Below the pieces are notes generated by a model. That model did not search any database. It saw nothing but the letters and a program-made list of their open reading frames with translations, and was not told the DNA's origin. This document shows, piece after piece, positions 1 to 11,500 of a stretch of 64,000 nucleotides of DNA. The stretch is from contig NC_086097.1 in NCBI RefSeq assembly GCF_963921235.1, positions 157,358,001 to 157,422,000 on the forward strand, written 5' to 3'. This stretch comes from Mobula hypostoma. Lineage: Eukaryota. Positions within the stretch are counted from its first letter, which is position 1. Every line of letters starts with the position of its first letter. Made by a program: the position numbers and the translations under genes.

Positions 1-55
1 GGCCCTGGAGTCTCCAAGCCTCCCGGACGTCTACATCTGCGCCAAGTGCATCGAG

Positions 56-893
56 ATGCAGCTCCTAAGGGACCGTGTTACGGAACTGGAGCTGCAGCTC
101 GATGACCTTTGTCTGGTCAGGGAGAGTGAGGAGGAGATAGAGAGGAGTTGCAGGCAGGTGGTCACGCCGGGGCCACGGGAGGCAGACAAGTGGGTCACGG
201 TTAGGAGGGGGAAAGGGAAAAGTCAGGTAATAGGGAGTACCCTGGTGGCTGTGCTTCTTAATAACAGATACTCCTGTTTGAGTACTGTTGGGGGGGACAG
301 CTTACCCGGGGGAAGCGACAGTGGGCGTGCCTCCGGCACAGAGTCTGGTCCTGTAGCTCAGAAGGGTAGGGCAGGGAAGAGGAGGGCAGTTGTGATAGGG
401 GACACGATAGTAAGGGGGTCAGATAGGCGAATCTGTGGACGCAGTCCAGAGACCCAGATGGTAGTTTGCCTCCCTGGTGCCAGGGTCCGGGATATTTCTG
501 ATCGTGTCCAAGATATCCTGAAGTGGGAGGGTGAGGAGCCAGAGGTCGTGATACATATAGGTACCAATGACATAGGTAGGAAAAGAGATGAGGTCCTGAA
601 AGGAGAATATAGGGAGCTAGGAAGGGAGTTGAGAAAAAGGACCGCAAAGGTAGTAATCTCGGGATTACTGCCTGTGCCACGCGACAGTGAGAGTAGGAAT
701 GCGATGAGGTGGAGGATAAATGCGTGGCTGAGGGTTTGGAGCAGGGGGCAGGGATTCAAGTTTTTGGATCATTGGGACCTCTTTTGGCGCAGGCGTGACC
801 TGTACAAAAAGGACGGGTTACACTTGAATCCTAGGGGGACCAATAATCCTGGCAGGGAGATTAGCGGGGGCTACTGAGGTGACTTTAAACTAG
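56..893 (+). pseudogene. CR1 ORF1 (zinc finger/coiled coil plus SGNH esterase) with a +1 frameshift near 846
   Basis: VIGDTIVRG, CLPGARV, HIGTND and DGLHLN esterase blocks; removing one A near 846 restores TNILAGRLAGATEVTLN* with the stop at 891-893, matching the homologous end at 24975-24977. Confidence 0.9.
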
Positions 894-905
894 AATGGCT
901 GGGGG

Positions 906-3900
906 GTGGGAATCAAATTAAAGAGGCTAGGCGTGAGGAGGTTAGTTCACAACAGGGGGATGGGAACCAGTGCAGAGAGACAGGGGTGTAAAGTGAGGGT
1001 AGAAGCAAAATGTACTAAGGGAAAAAGTAAAAGTGGCAGGCCGACAAATCCAGGGCAAGCATTAAAAAGGGCCACTTTTCAACATAATTGTATAAGGGCT
1101 AAGAGAGTTGTAAAAGAGTGCCTGAAGGCTTTGTGTGTCAATGCAAGGAGCATTCGTAATAAGGTGGATGAATTGAAAGTGCAGATTGTTATTAATGATT
1201 ATGATATAGTTGGGATCACAGAGACATGGCTCCAGGGTGACCAGGGATGGGAGCTCAACGTTCAGGGATATTCAATATTCAGGAGGGATAGACGTGAAGG
1301 AAGGGGAGGTGGGGTGGCGTTGCTGGTTAAAGAAGAGATTAATGCAATAGAAAGGAAGGACATAAGCCGGGAAGATGTGGAATCGATATGGGTAGAGCTG
1401 CGTAACACTAAGGAGCAGAAGACGCTGGTGGGAGTTGTGTACAGGCCACCTAACAGTAGTAGTGTGGTCGGAGATGGTATTAAACAGGAAATTAGAAACG
1501 TATGCAATAAAGGAACAGCAGTTATAATGGGTGACTTCAATCTACATGTAGATTGGGTGAACCAAATTGGTAAAGGTGCTGAGGAAGAGGATTTCTTGGA
1601 ATGTATGCGGGATGGTTTTTTGAACCAACATGTCGAGGAACCAACGAGAGAGCAGGCTATTCTGGACTGGGTTTTAAGCAATGAGGAAAGGTTAATTAGC
1701 AATCTTGTCGTGAGAGGCCCCTTGGGTAAGAGTGACCATAATATGGTGGAATTCTTCATTAAGATGGAGAGTGACATAGTTAATTCAGAAACAAAGGTTC
1801 TGAACTTAAAGAGAGGTAACTTTGAAGGTATGAGACGTGAATTAGCTAAGGTAGACTGGCAAATGTCGCTGAAAGGATTGACGGTGGATATGCAATGGCA
1901 AACATTTAAAGGTTGCATGGATGAACTACAACAATTGTTCATCCCAGTTTGGCACAAGAATAAATCAAGGAAGGTAGTGCACCCGTGGCTGACAAGAGAA
2001 ATTAGGGGTAGTATCAATTCCAAAGAAGAAGCATACAAATTAGCCTGAGAAAGTGGCTCACCTGAGGACTGGGAGAAATTCAGAGTTCAGCAGAGAAGGA
2101 CAAAGGACTTAATTAGGAAGAGGAAAAAAGATTATGAGAGAAAACTGGCAGGGAACATAAAAACGGACTGTAAAAGCTTTTATAGATATGTAAAAAGGAA
2201 AAGACTGGTAAAGACAAATGTAGGTCCCCTGCAGACAGAAACAGGTGAATTGATTATGGGGAGCAAGGACATGGCAGACCAAATGAATAATTACTTTGGT
2301 TCTGTCTTCACTAAGGAGGACATAAATAATCTTCCAGAAATAGTAGGGGACAGAGGGTCTAGTGAGATGGAGGAACTGAGCGAAATACATGTTAGTAGGG
2401 AAGTGGTGTAAGGTGAATTGAAGGGATTGAAGGCAGATAAATCCCCAGGGCCAGATGGTCTGCATCCTAGAGTGCTTAAGGAAGTAGCCCAAGGAATAGT
2501 GGATGCATTAGTGATAATTTTTCAAAACTCGTTAGATTCTGGACTAGTTCCTGAGGATTGGAGGGTGGCTAATGTAACCCCACTTTTTAAAAAAGGAGGG
2601 AGAGAGAAACCGGGGAATTATAGACCGGTTACCCTAACGTCGGTGGTGGGGAAACTGCTGGAGTCAGTTATCAAGGATGTGATAACAGCACATTTGGAAA
2701 GCGGTGAAATCATCGGACAAAGTCAGCATGGATTTGTGAAAGGAAAATCATGTTTGACGAATCTCATAGAATTTTTTGAGGATGTAACTAGTAGAGTGGA
2801 TAGGGGAGAACCAGTGGATGTGGCATATTTGGATTTTCAAAAGGCTTTTGACAAGGTCCCACACAGGAGATTAGTGTGCCAACTTAAAGCACACGGTATT
2901 GGGGGTAAGGTATTGGTGTGGGTGGAGAATTGGTTAGCAGACAGGAAGCAAAGAGTGGGAATAAACGGGACCTTTTCAGAATGGCAGGCAGTGACTAGTG
3001 GGGTACCGCAAGGCTCAGTGCTGGGACCCCAGTTGTTTACAATATATATTAATGACTTGGATGAGGGAATTAAATGCAGCATCTCCAAGTTTGCGGATGA
3101 CACGAAGCTCGGTGGCAGTGTTAGCTGTGAGGAGGATGCTAAAAGGATGCAGGGTGACTTGGATAGGTTGGGTGAGTGGGCAAATTCATGGCAGATGCAA
3201 TTTAATGTGGATAAATGTGAAGTTATCCACTTTGGTGGCAAAAATAGGAAAACAGATTATTATCTGAATGGTGGCCGATTAGGAAAAGGGGAGGTGCAAC
3301 GAGACCTGGGTGTCATTATACACCAGTCATTGAAAGTGGGCATGCAGGTACAGCAGGCGGTGAAAAAGGTGAATGGTATGCTGGCATTTATAGCGAGAGG
3401 ATTCGAGTACAGGAGCAGGGAGGTACTACTGCAGTTGTACAAGGCCTTGGTGAGACCGCACCTGGAGTATTGTGTGCAGTTTTGGTCCCCTAATCTGAGG
3501 AAAGACATCCTTGCCATAAAGGGAGTACAAAGAAGGTTCACCAGATTGATTCCTGGGATGGCAGGACTTACATATGAAGAAAGACTGGATGAACTGGGCT
3601 TGTACTCATTGGAATTTAGAAGATTGAGGGGGGATCTGATTGAAACGTATAAGATCCTAAAGGGATTGGACAGGCTAGATGCAGGAAGATTGTTCCCGAT
3701 GTTGGGGAAGTCCACAACGAGGGGCCAAAGTTTGAGGATAGAGGGGAAGCCTTTTAGGACCGAGATTAGGAAAAACTTCTTCACACAGAGAGTGGTGAAT
3801 CTGTGGAATTCTCTGCCACAGGAAACAGTTGAGGCCAGTTCATTGGCTATATTTAAGAGGGAGTTAGATATGGCCCTTGTGGCTACGGGGATCAGGGGGT

Positions 3901-3947
3901 ACGGAGGGAAGGCTGGGCGGGGTTCTGAGTTGGATGATCAGCCATGA
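906..3947 (+). pseudogene. CR1 ORF2 (APE endonuclease plus reverse transcriptase) with two nonsense mutations
   Basis: CVNARS, GITETWL, VYRPP, GDFN and SDH endonuclease motifs; stops TGA at 2046-2048 and TAA near 2409-2411 where the sister copy (48318-50736) has AGA and TTA; RT is open from 2418. Confidence 0.93.
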
Positions 3948-4027
3948 TCATAATAAATGGCGGTGCTGGCTCGAAGGGCCGAATGGCCTACTCCCGCACC
4001 TATTTTCTATGTTTCTATGTTTCTATG

Positions 4028-4175
4028 AATCCACGGTGCATCTGCCTGATGGAACCACTTACATTCAGATATCTCGCTATTTATTTTAATGACAGCTTCA
4101 AGTATTTTCCTGGCCACAGATGTTAAGCTAACTGGCCTACAGTTACCCACCTTCTGCCAACATCCCTTTTAAACC
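4028..4175 (-). mobile_element. Old CR1 RT fragment abutting the tail of the young CR1
   Basis: Reverse complement translates as ...GNCRPVSLTSVARKILEAVIK..., homologous to YRPVSLTSVVGKLLESVIK. Confidence 0.75.
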
Positions 4176-5167
4176 AAGCAGCTTTTATAACCCCAAAAAT
4201 AAACCCTCAGTTTATATGTTCAGCACTATTGAAGAGGAACTGCAGGCTTTGCAATACAGCTGAGAGCAAGTATATCAGTGTAAGGCTTGATTGCTCATGG
4301 AATTTAAGTCAAAGAGATCACAGTTTAGTGTCTACCTTGACAATGCCATATTCTCACCTGTGAGAAGGATTGATCCTAGCCAGTATTTACCTTCAAACTG
4401 CATCATTAAGATAGTAATCTAATCATTTATCCCAGGTGCAGAGACTGCTACATTCAAACTGGCTGTAAAATGTGTTGATACATTGTTTGCTTATAAAACA
4501 AAAATATTTAAACACAAGATAGCCAACTTTCCTTTAGTTTTATGATGAACCCAGTTTCAATATTAACCAAAGGCATGAGGAGAAGTTAAGGTCAGGACCA
4601 AGCTCTCATGCCAAGGTCCATAAAGCACCTTTGTTGTCTACTTTCTCCAGCCTGAACTGGGCAGGTATCAACATCCGGCAAAGGGTGGAAAGTAAATTTG
4701 GGCAGCATATTTTTGTTGGCAGGACCTGCAGTCTGTTCACCTATGGTCTGCTGGATATTGATAGGGAAAGGTGGCAACCTAAGAAAACTTAGGCCCAAGA
4801 TGTCCAGGAAGAAAAAATGTAATAAGAAAAGAGTTATTCTAGCCGTAGTCAAGAGCTTCTTCAGTTTGTGCGCAAGTTAAAATGATATTCTAGCCTTTGG
4901 GGATGTTGCTGGAGTTCAGTCTGCATTTTGAAGATGGACCATACAAACTTTGGGCCTCCTGTCCTTGTTCCAACAATTCAAATTCAGGTTGCACCATGAC
5001 ACATGGGCACCATGGACAAGGTCTTAGCTTGCATTGCCTGGGTCCCAATCACCACCAGCAACCCACTCCACTACACAGAATGGCTGTGCTGGTAAGATCC
5101 TGAAGTCACCGCAAGCTACAAGGCTAGTGTAGTTGTTGCAAGATAAGTAAAGGGCTGAATGTTTCAC

Positions 5168-5365
5168 AAACGAGAAGATCTGCAGATGCTGGAAATCAAA
5201 GTAATACATGCAGAATGCTGGAGGAACTTAGCAGGCCAGGCAGCATCTGTAGAAAAGAGTAAACAGTCAATGTTTTGAGCTGATACTCTTCACCAGGACT
5301 GCATCAGGTTTACTCTTTTCCATAGAGGTTGCCTGGCCTGCCGAGTTCCTCCAGCATTTTGTATG
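5168..5365. mobile_element. Short fold-back element derived from PLE terminal repeats, with a degenerate hammerhead
   Basis: Inverted arms 5207-5264 and 5308-5365 (about 50/58 match); flanking 16-nt direct repeat gggctgaatgtttcac / gggcagaaagtttcac; same terminal sequence as the PLE at 37848-40097. Confidence 0.8.
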
Positions 5366-6344
5366 GGTTAATATGGGCAGAAAGTTTCACGCGGGCAAGC
5401 AGAATTGCACAGTTAAGGTTACAGTCAGATCAACCATGATCTTTTTAAATGCATGGTCTTATTAATCAATCATGATCTTATTAAATGAGAAAACATGGTC
5501 TGCTCCTGCTCCTAATACAGTAAGTTTGTATGTTTGAGTACTCCACTGCCTGGTTTCATCATACAAGGAGAGTTTAAAGTGAGACCAATGGCCTATTGAC
5601 TGTCATGAATTTCCATAACATCTCATAAAGAATGTATCATCAGGTGATTCATAAAAGCCTGAAAGTTGTATCATTTTCTAATGTGATTCAGAGCACAGAA
5701 GAGACAGAGATAGAAATACTGTGCAAGTATAGTTGGGCACATTAGCACTGGAAAACATCTGACTCAACCAATATAAGTGTATATGGAATTTCTGCTGGTT
5801 AAAGAAGTGAAGATTATCTTTGACAGATCTAAAGTATTCTGATTTGACTATACCACCTCAATTGGCTGATACCTTGCATTATACATGATATATTATGCAA
5901 TACTCATGGTGGTGATGATACTGAAACTGTTAACATCTTCTAACAATGAAGATTCTGTCTGTACTTTGCATAAAAGAGCAGCAGTTGAATAAAATGAGTA
6001 AGAGATGTCACAGATAGGATGATGAGAACAGCGAATAAAATTAATTTTAATAACCCACCTACAGACTGATGTTATACAGGAATAAAATCCACAATGTGCT
6101 TCAGTTTCACCTCTGTGAGCTGCTTAATCTGGTAAATGCATATGCATCAGTGATGGATAAAAATGATCTAAAACATGAATTAATAAATTCACCCTACAAT
6201 ATCAGTTTTTCAGAACATTTCAGCTGGTGTTCAGAAAAGGTTTATGTGCTTTTTCACAAGTAAGGAGAGAGAGATGCTGGACAATCATCTAGCAAATTAC
6301 CTTGTGTCTTTTTTTTTCCCACAGACATCTTAATATTGAAATAC

Positions 6345-6620
6345 AGTGCTGTTGCCTCACATCCCTAATGACCCAGAATTGATTCTGGTCTTTTGTTGCT
6401 GTTGCTGTAGAGTTGCACATCCTGCATGCAACTACTTAGATTTATATGGTTTCTCATGCCTTTTTTACCATCCCAAAGATACTCATGATGTTAGATTAGT
6501 TGGCTTCTGTAAGTTATCCTGAATGTAAGTGGGGGGTAGGAACATCAGATAGGAGTTGACAGGCATCTGAGAAAGAGTGGGCTGCAGGGAAATGGTGGGG
6601 GAATGCGGGTGGTAGAATTT
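6345..6620 (+). mobile_element. Degraded tRNA-derived SINE (HE1/V-SINE-like)
   Basis: gctgttgcctcaca...gacccag head and catcccaaaga...gttagattagttggc central block, shared with the SINEs at 35195, 41740 and 45354. Confidence 0.55.
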
Positions 6621-6639
6621 CTCTGTGAAACATGATTGT

Positions 6640-6982
6640 GTAAACTCAACTTCATTTGCCTAATCACTGAATTGTTCCCAGAACCTATGGATTCACTTTC
6701 AAGGACTCTTCATCTCATGTTCACGATATTTGTTATTTATTTATCTGTTTATTTCTCTATTTATCTGTTTGTTTATTTCTTATTTTCTCTTTCTTTTTCT
6801 GTTTGGTCAGTTTGGTTTTTTTTTGCACATTGGTTGTTATCCATCCTGTTGAGTGCAGTCTTTCATTGATGCTATTGTGTTTCTTGCATTTACTGTGTTT
6901 GCCCAGAAGAAAATGAATCTCTGTGTTGTATGTGGTGACGTATATGTACCTTGATAATAAATTTACTTTGAACTTTGACTTG
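6640..6982 (+). mobile_element. 3' end of a Rex1/Babar-like LINE or derived element
   Basis: Ends in ...ttgataataaatttactttgaactttgac; related tails occur near 28080-28165 and 43770-43960. Confidence 0.5.
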
Positions 6983-8916
6983 ATAGGTAGCATGGCCATG
7001 TTGTAATATTATGAAAATATGATATGAATGTGAGAGTTAATGTAATAAATGGCAGAAACTCAAAACTGGGGACTAAGTTGGAATTGAAAAGCTAAGCACC
7101 CCAAAGGAGCATAGAGTTGCAAAATGGTCCAGCTAGAGGGCTCTTTCAAAAGACTTCTTTCTATACAGCACATTTCTAGGAATATTCCTTCACTGAAATA
7201 CAAAAGATGCAAATAATGATTGGGAATGCCGATATGTGTAGAAATGAAAGATGTGACAGGAAACATGACTTGAAGCAAACAACAGACTATGTAACAACAA
7301 TGAAGCTAAATTTAGGTAGAGAACCCTCATTGCCAAATGTTCTGCTTGGAGCATTTACTGAAAACTAGATAAAAGAAACAGCAGATTATTCTGTTTCAGC
7401 ACTACGGTAACTATACGGATATTTGTTGTACTAATTGACTGGTGGATTCTGCCAAGGCAGAAGTTTGAATTGCAGTATCATGACACACATTAAATATTCT
7501 CTCTATTAGAATACATTCATTCATCGAGGCCTGCACCCATTTCCTTTACTTTTCCAAAGATAAGGCAATGCCAGCTGCTCACAGGTAAGGATAGTGGATC
7601 AATAAGAGTTTAGATACTTACACTGCTCAATATTTAGATGAAAATACCTCAACTTACAATTTAGTTAATTGCAAAAATAAAAATAGAAAAAGCAAGTAAT
7701 ATTCAGAAACTCTGTCAGCACATGTGAAGAGACAGACAGAGTTAATTTTTCTAGTCAATATAGAGTACACCCAGTATAGGATAAAGCTTAGTGACCTCAT
7801 CCATGGAATCTAAATGAATAATTGGCATCACTGCCCCCACGTAATGCTCAAGAGAATATGCCCTAAACTCACCAAAGCTGCAGTCTCCATCAGGTAGAGG
7901 GCAGAGATGACATTAACATGTTCCAATGCATTTTTTATACACTTACTATTTCTCCAGCACTAGCACAAATATCTCACAACCTCCACACACTTCCAGCTAT
8001 TCAGATGTGAAGAGTATATCTTCCCAAATTAACTCACTAGCATATTTCTCTCTACCTCTCTAGTCAGAGAGCAACGTAAGAAATATCAAGTGATCTCAGC
8101 TGGGTCTCATCCAGACTTGTCCGCTAGTTATTTTCCTCCATAGATGCTGCCTGACGCGTTGTGTTGCTTCAACGTTCAGTGTGTGTCGATCAAGATTAAA
8201 TGAGTCATTGGCTTTGTATTCTGGATGACGCAGTCATTAGAACTGGAATAGCAGCACAACAAAAGAAACACTGTATCATACCAAGAGATCAGACCGTACC
8301 CATGCGATGAGAAACAGAAATAATGTTTCAGGTCCAAGATTCATCACCGGATTTCCTTTCCTGTTTTACTTTGGAAAATTATGGCTGTTTATGACTTAAT
8401 CTATAGTTCATATTCCACTTTTACCTCATGCAACAACTTTGTTTGATTTGCAAATTGCACATGCATATGCATGTGCCTCTTGCTTCCTTCTCCTTCATCA
8501 TGACCATATGTGTGGGTTTTTCTTCTTCAAACTGCCATAACTCTGACCTGGCAAACAGTGACCATCTCAGTGGTTGCACACAGCCGTTGCTCAGGCGTTG
8601 AGGTTGAATATGATTAGAACCTCCACATGATGAGCTGTTGGTCTTGAGCTGACTGCAGCACAGCCAAGCGTAGAGAAACTGCAGATTCCAATGACCAATG
8701 AGGTGGTTGCACATGGGTTCTGTTGCACTGGACTCAGAGGTAGGCAATAATAAAGAAGACTAGAAGGAATGGTTGATGAAAGTGCCCTGTGACATGATGA
8801 AGTAGTGGTCCTCTTCCTGTGCTGAACAACTGATTCAGGTGTAACTTTAACACAGTTAATTGATAACTACAAGAAAAGACATTAGGTCGGCAGCAATTCC
8901 GTACTGCAGGAGGATA

Positions 8917-8940
8917 TACGCTCAGTGGTCTCTTTATTAG
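8917..8940 (+). repeat. Isolated Tc1-type terminal inverted repeat
   Basis: TA followed by cgctcagtggtctctttattag; 18/22 match to the reverse complement of the TIR at 18546-18567. Confidence 0.65.
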
Positions 8941-11500
8941 ACCGTGAGACGCAGAATAGAATTAGGCCATTTGGCCCATCGGGTCTACTCCGCCATTCCA
9001 TCATGGCTGATTGATTATTCCTCTCATCCCCATTCTCCTGCCTTCATCCCAAAACCTTTGACGCCTGACTAACCAAGAACCTATCAACTTCCGCTTTAAA
9101 AATATTCAGTGTCTTGGCCTCCACAGCAGTCCGTAGCAATGGATTCCACAAGTTCACCACCCACTGGCAGAAGAAATTCCTCCTCATCTCTGCTCTGTTC
9201 TGAGGCTGTGCCCTCTGGTACAAGCTTAGAACTATCAAACGCTCCCCATACGCTAAACTTTTTATTCCCAGAGTCATTCTTGTGAACTGCCTCTGGACCC
9301 TCTTCAGTGCCAGCACAACTTTTCTTAGATGAGGGGCCCAAAGCTGCTCACAATATTCCAAGGGTGGTTTCAGCATCACATGCTTGCTCTTATACTCTCA
9401 TCCTCTCAAAAAAAATGCTAACATTGCATTTGCCTTCCTTGCCACCAACTCAACCTGCAAGTTAACCTTTATGGAATCCTGCAGAAGGACTCCAAATTCC
9501 CTTTGCATCTCTCATTTTTGAACTTTCTCCCCATTTAGAAAATAGTGTACACCTTTGTTCCTTCTACTAAAGTACATGACCATACACATTCATAGAGTAT
9601 ATTTCATCTGCGACTTCTTTGCCCATTCTCCCAATCAGTGCAAGTCCTGCAGACTCCCTGCTTCCTCAATAATACTTGCCGCTCAATCCATCTTTGTATC
9701 ATCAGCAAACTTGGCCACAAAGCCATCAATTCCATCATCCAAATTGTTGACATATAACATGGAAAGAAACAGTCCCAATACTGGCCCCTGCAGAACACCA
9801 CTAGTCATTAGAAGCCAACCTGAAAAAGCCTCCTTTATTCTGCCTCTTTCCCTCCTGCCTGCCAGTCAATCAATCTTCTATCCATGCTAGTATCTTTCCA
9901 GTAATACTGTGATCTCCTGTCTTGTTAAGCGACTTCGTGTGGCATTTGTCAAAGGCCTTCTGAAAATCCAAGTAAGCAACACTCACTGACTCTCCTTTGT
10001 CAAGGAGAAAGTTATTTTCTCAAAGAGTTCCAACAGATTTGTAAGGCAAGATATCCCCTCAAGGAAACCATGCTGACTTTGACCTATTTTACCATACACC
10101 TCCAAGTACCCTGAAACCCCATAGTTAATACTGGACTATGTTAAATGGTCTATAATTTCCTTTTTTTCTGCCTCCCTCCCTTCATAAACATATTGTCAAT
10201 TTTCCAGTCCTCCAGAACCATTCCAGAATCCAGTGATTCTTAAAAGATCATTACCAATTGCTCCACAATCTCTTCAGTACCCTGTGGTGTAGTCCATCTG
10301 GTCCAGGTGACTTAGCTACCATCAGACCTTTATTCTTCCCAAGCAGTTTATTCAGAGTAATTGCAACAATACTGACTTCTGCCATCTGACACTTTGAATT
10401 TCTGGCACATGGCTAGTGTCTTTCACAGTGAAGATTGATGCAAAACACTTAAATTCATCTGCCATTTCTTTGTCTCCCATTACAACCTCTCCAATATCAT
10501 TTTTCAGTTGTCCAATATCCATTCTTGCCTATCTTTTACTCTTTGTATAGCTGAAAACTTCCCCTTTTATATTATTGACTAGCAATCCTTCATACTTAAT
10601 TTTTTCTCTCCTTATGGCTTTTTAGTTGCCTTCTGTTGCTTTTTAAAAGCTTCCCAATCCTCTTGGCTATTCTGGATTATACGTCCTCTCTTTTATTTCT
10701 ATGCTATCTTTGACTTCCCTTGTCAGCCACGGTCATCTCTTCCTTCCTTTAGAATATTTCTTCACCTTTCAGATGTATCTATCTTGTGCTGAATTGTCCA
10801 CAAAAACTCCAGCCATTTGCTCTTCTGCCACACCCCAGCTAGTGTCGCCTTCCAGTCAACTTTGGCCATCTCCTCTCTCATGCCTCTGTAATTCCCTTTA
10901 TCCACTGCAATACTGATACATCTGACTTTATTTTTTTCCCCTGAAACTGCAGAGTGAATTTCATCATATTGTAATCATTGTCTCCTATGGGTTCCTTTAA
11001 CTTGTGCTCCTTAATCAAATCCATTTCATTCCACCCAATCCAGACTTACTTTTTCCATGGTGGGATCAACCACAAGCTGCTCCATAAAACCGCCTCATAG
11101 GTACTCTACAATTTCCCCCTCTTTGGATCCAGTACCAAACTAATTTTCTCAATCCACCGACATATTGAAATCCCCCTTGGTTATTGTAACATTACTTTTA
11201 TTACATGACTTTGAAATTTCTCATTGAAATTTATAACCCTCAATCTGGAAACTGGTGGCCTGTATATAACTCCCATCAGGGTCTTTTTACCCTTGCAGTT
11301 TCTTAACTCTACCCACAAGGATCCTACATCTGCTGATCCTACATCACCTCATTCTAAAGATTTGATTGGAATTTTTACCAACAGCGGCACCCCACCTGCT
11401 TTTGCTACCTGTTTGTCCTTCTGATACAATGTGGATCCTTGGATGTTAAGCTCCCAACTATGATCTTCTTTTAGCCACAGCACAATGATGGCCACAACAT

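Larger units (their letters stand above)
1..4027 (+). mobile_element. CR1-clade LINE, young subfamily 1, near full length (5' end lies outside the window)
   Basis: ORF1 with Cys motif, coiled coil and SGNH esterase; ORF2 with APE endonuclease and RT (GVPQGSVLGP, FADDTK); 3' hairpin region and (TTTCTATG)n tail ending at 4027. Confidence 0.97.

Noticed and set aside
1262..3784. Long antisense ORFs over CR1 ORF2 (also 13736-14140 and 49550-50665)
   Set aside because: Mirror frames of the RT coding strand repeated only because the copies are near-identical; no recognisable domain.
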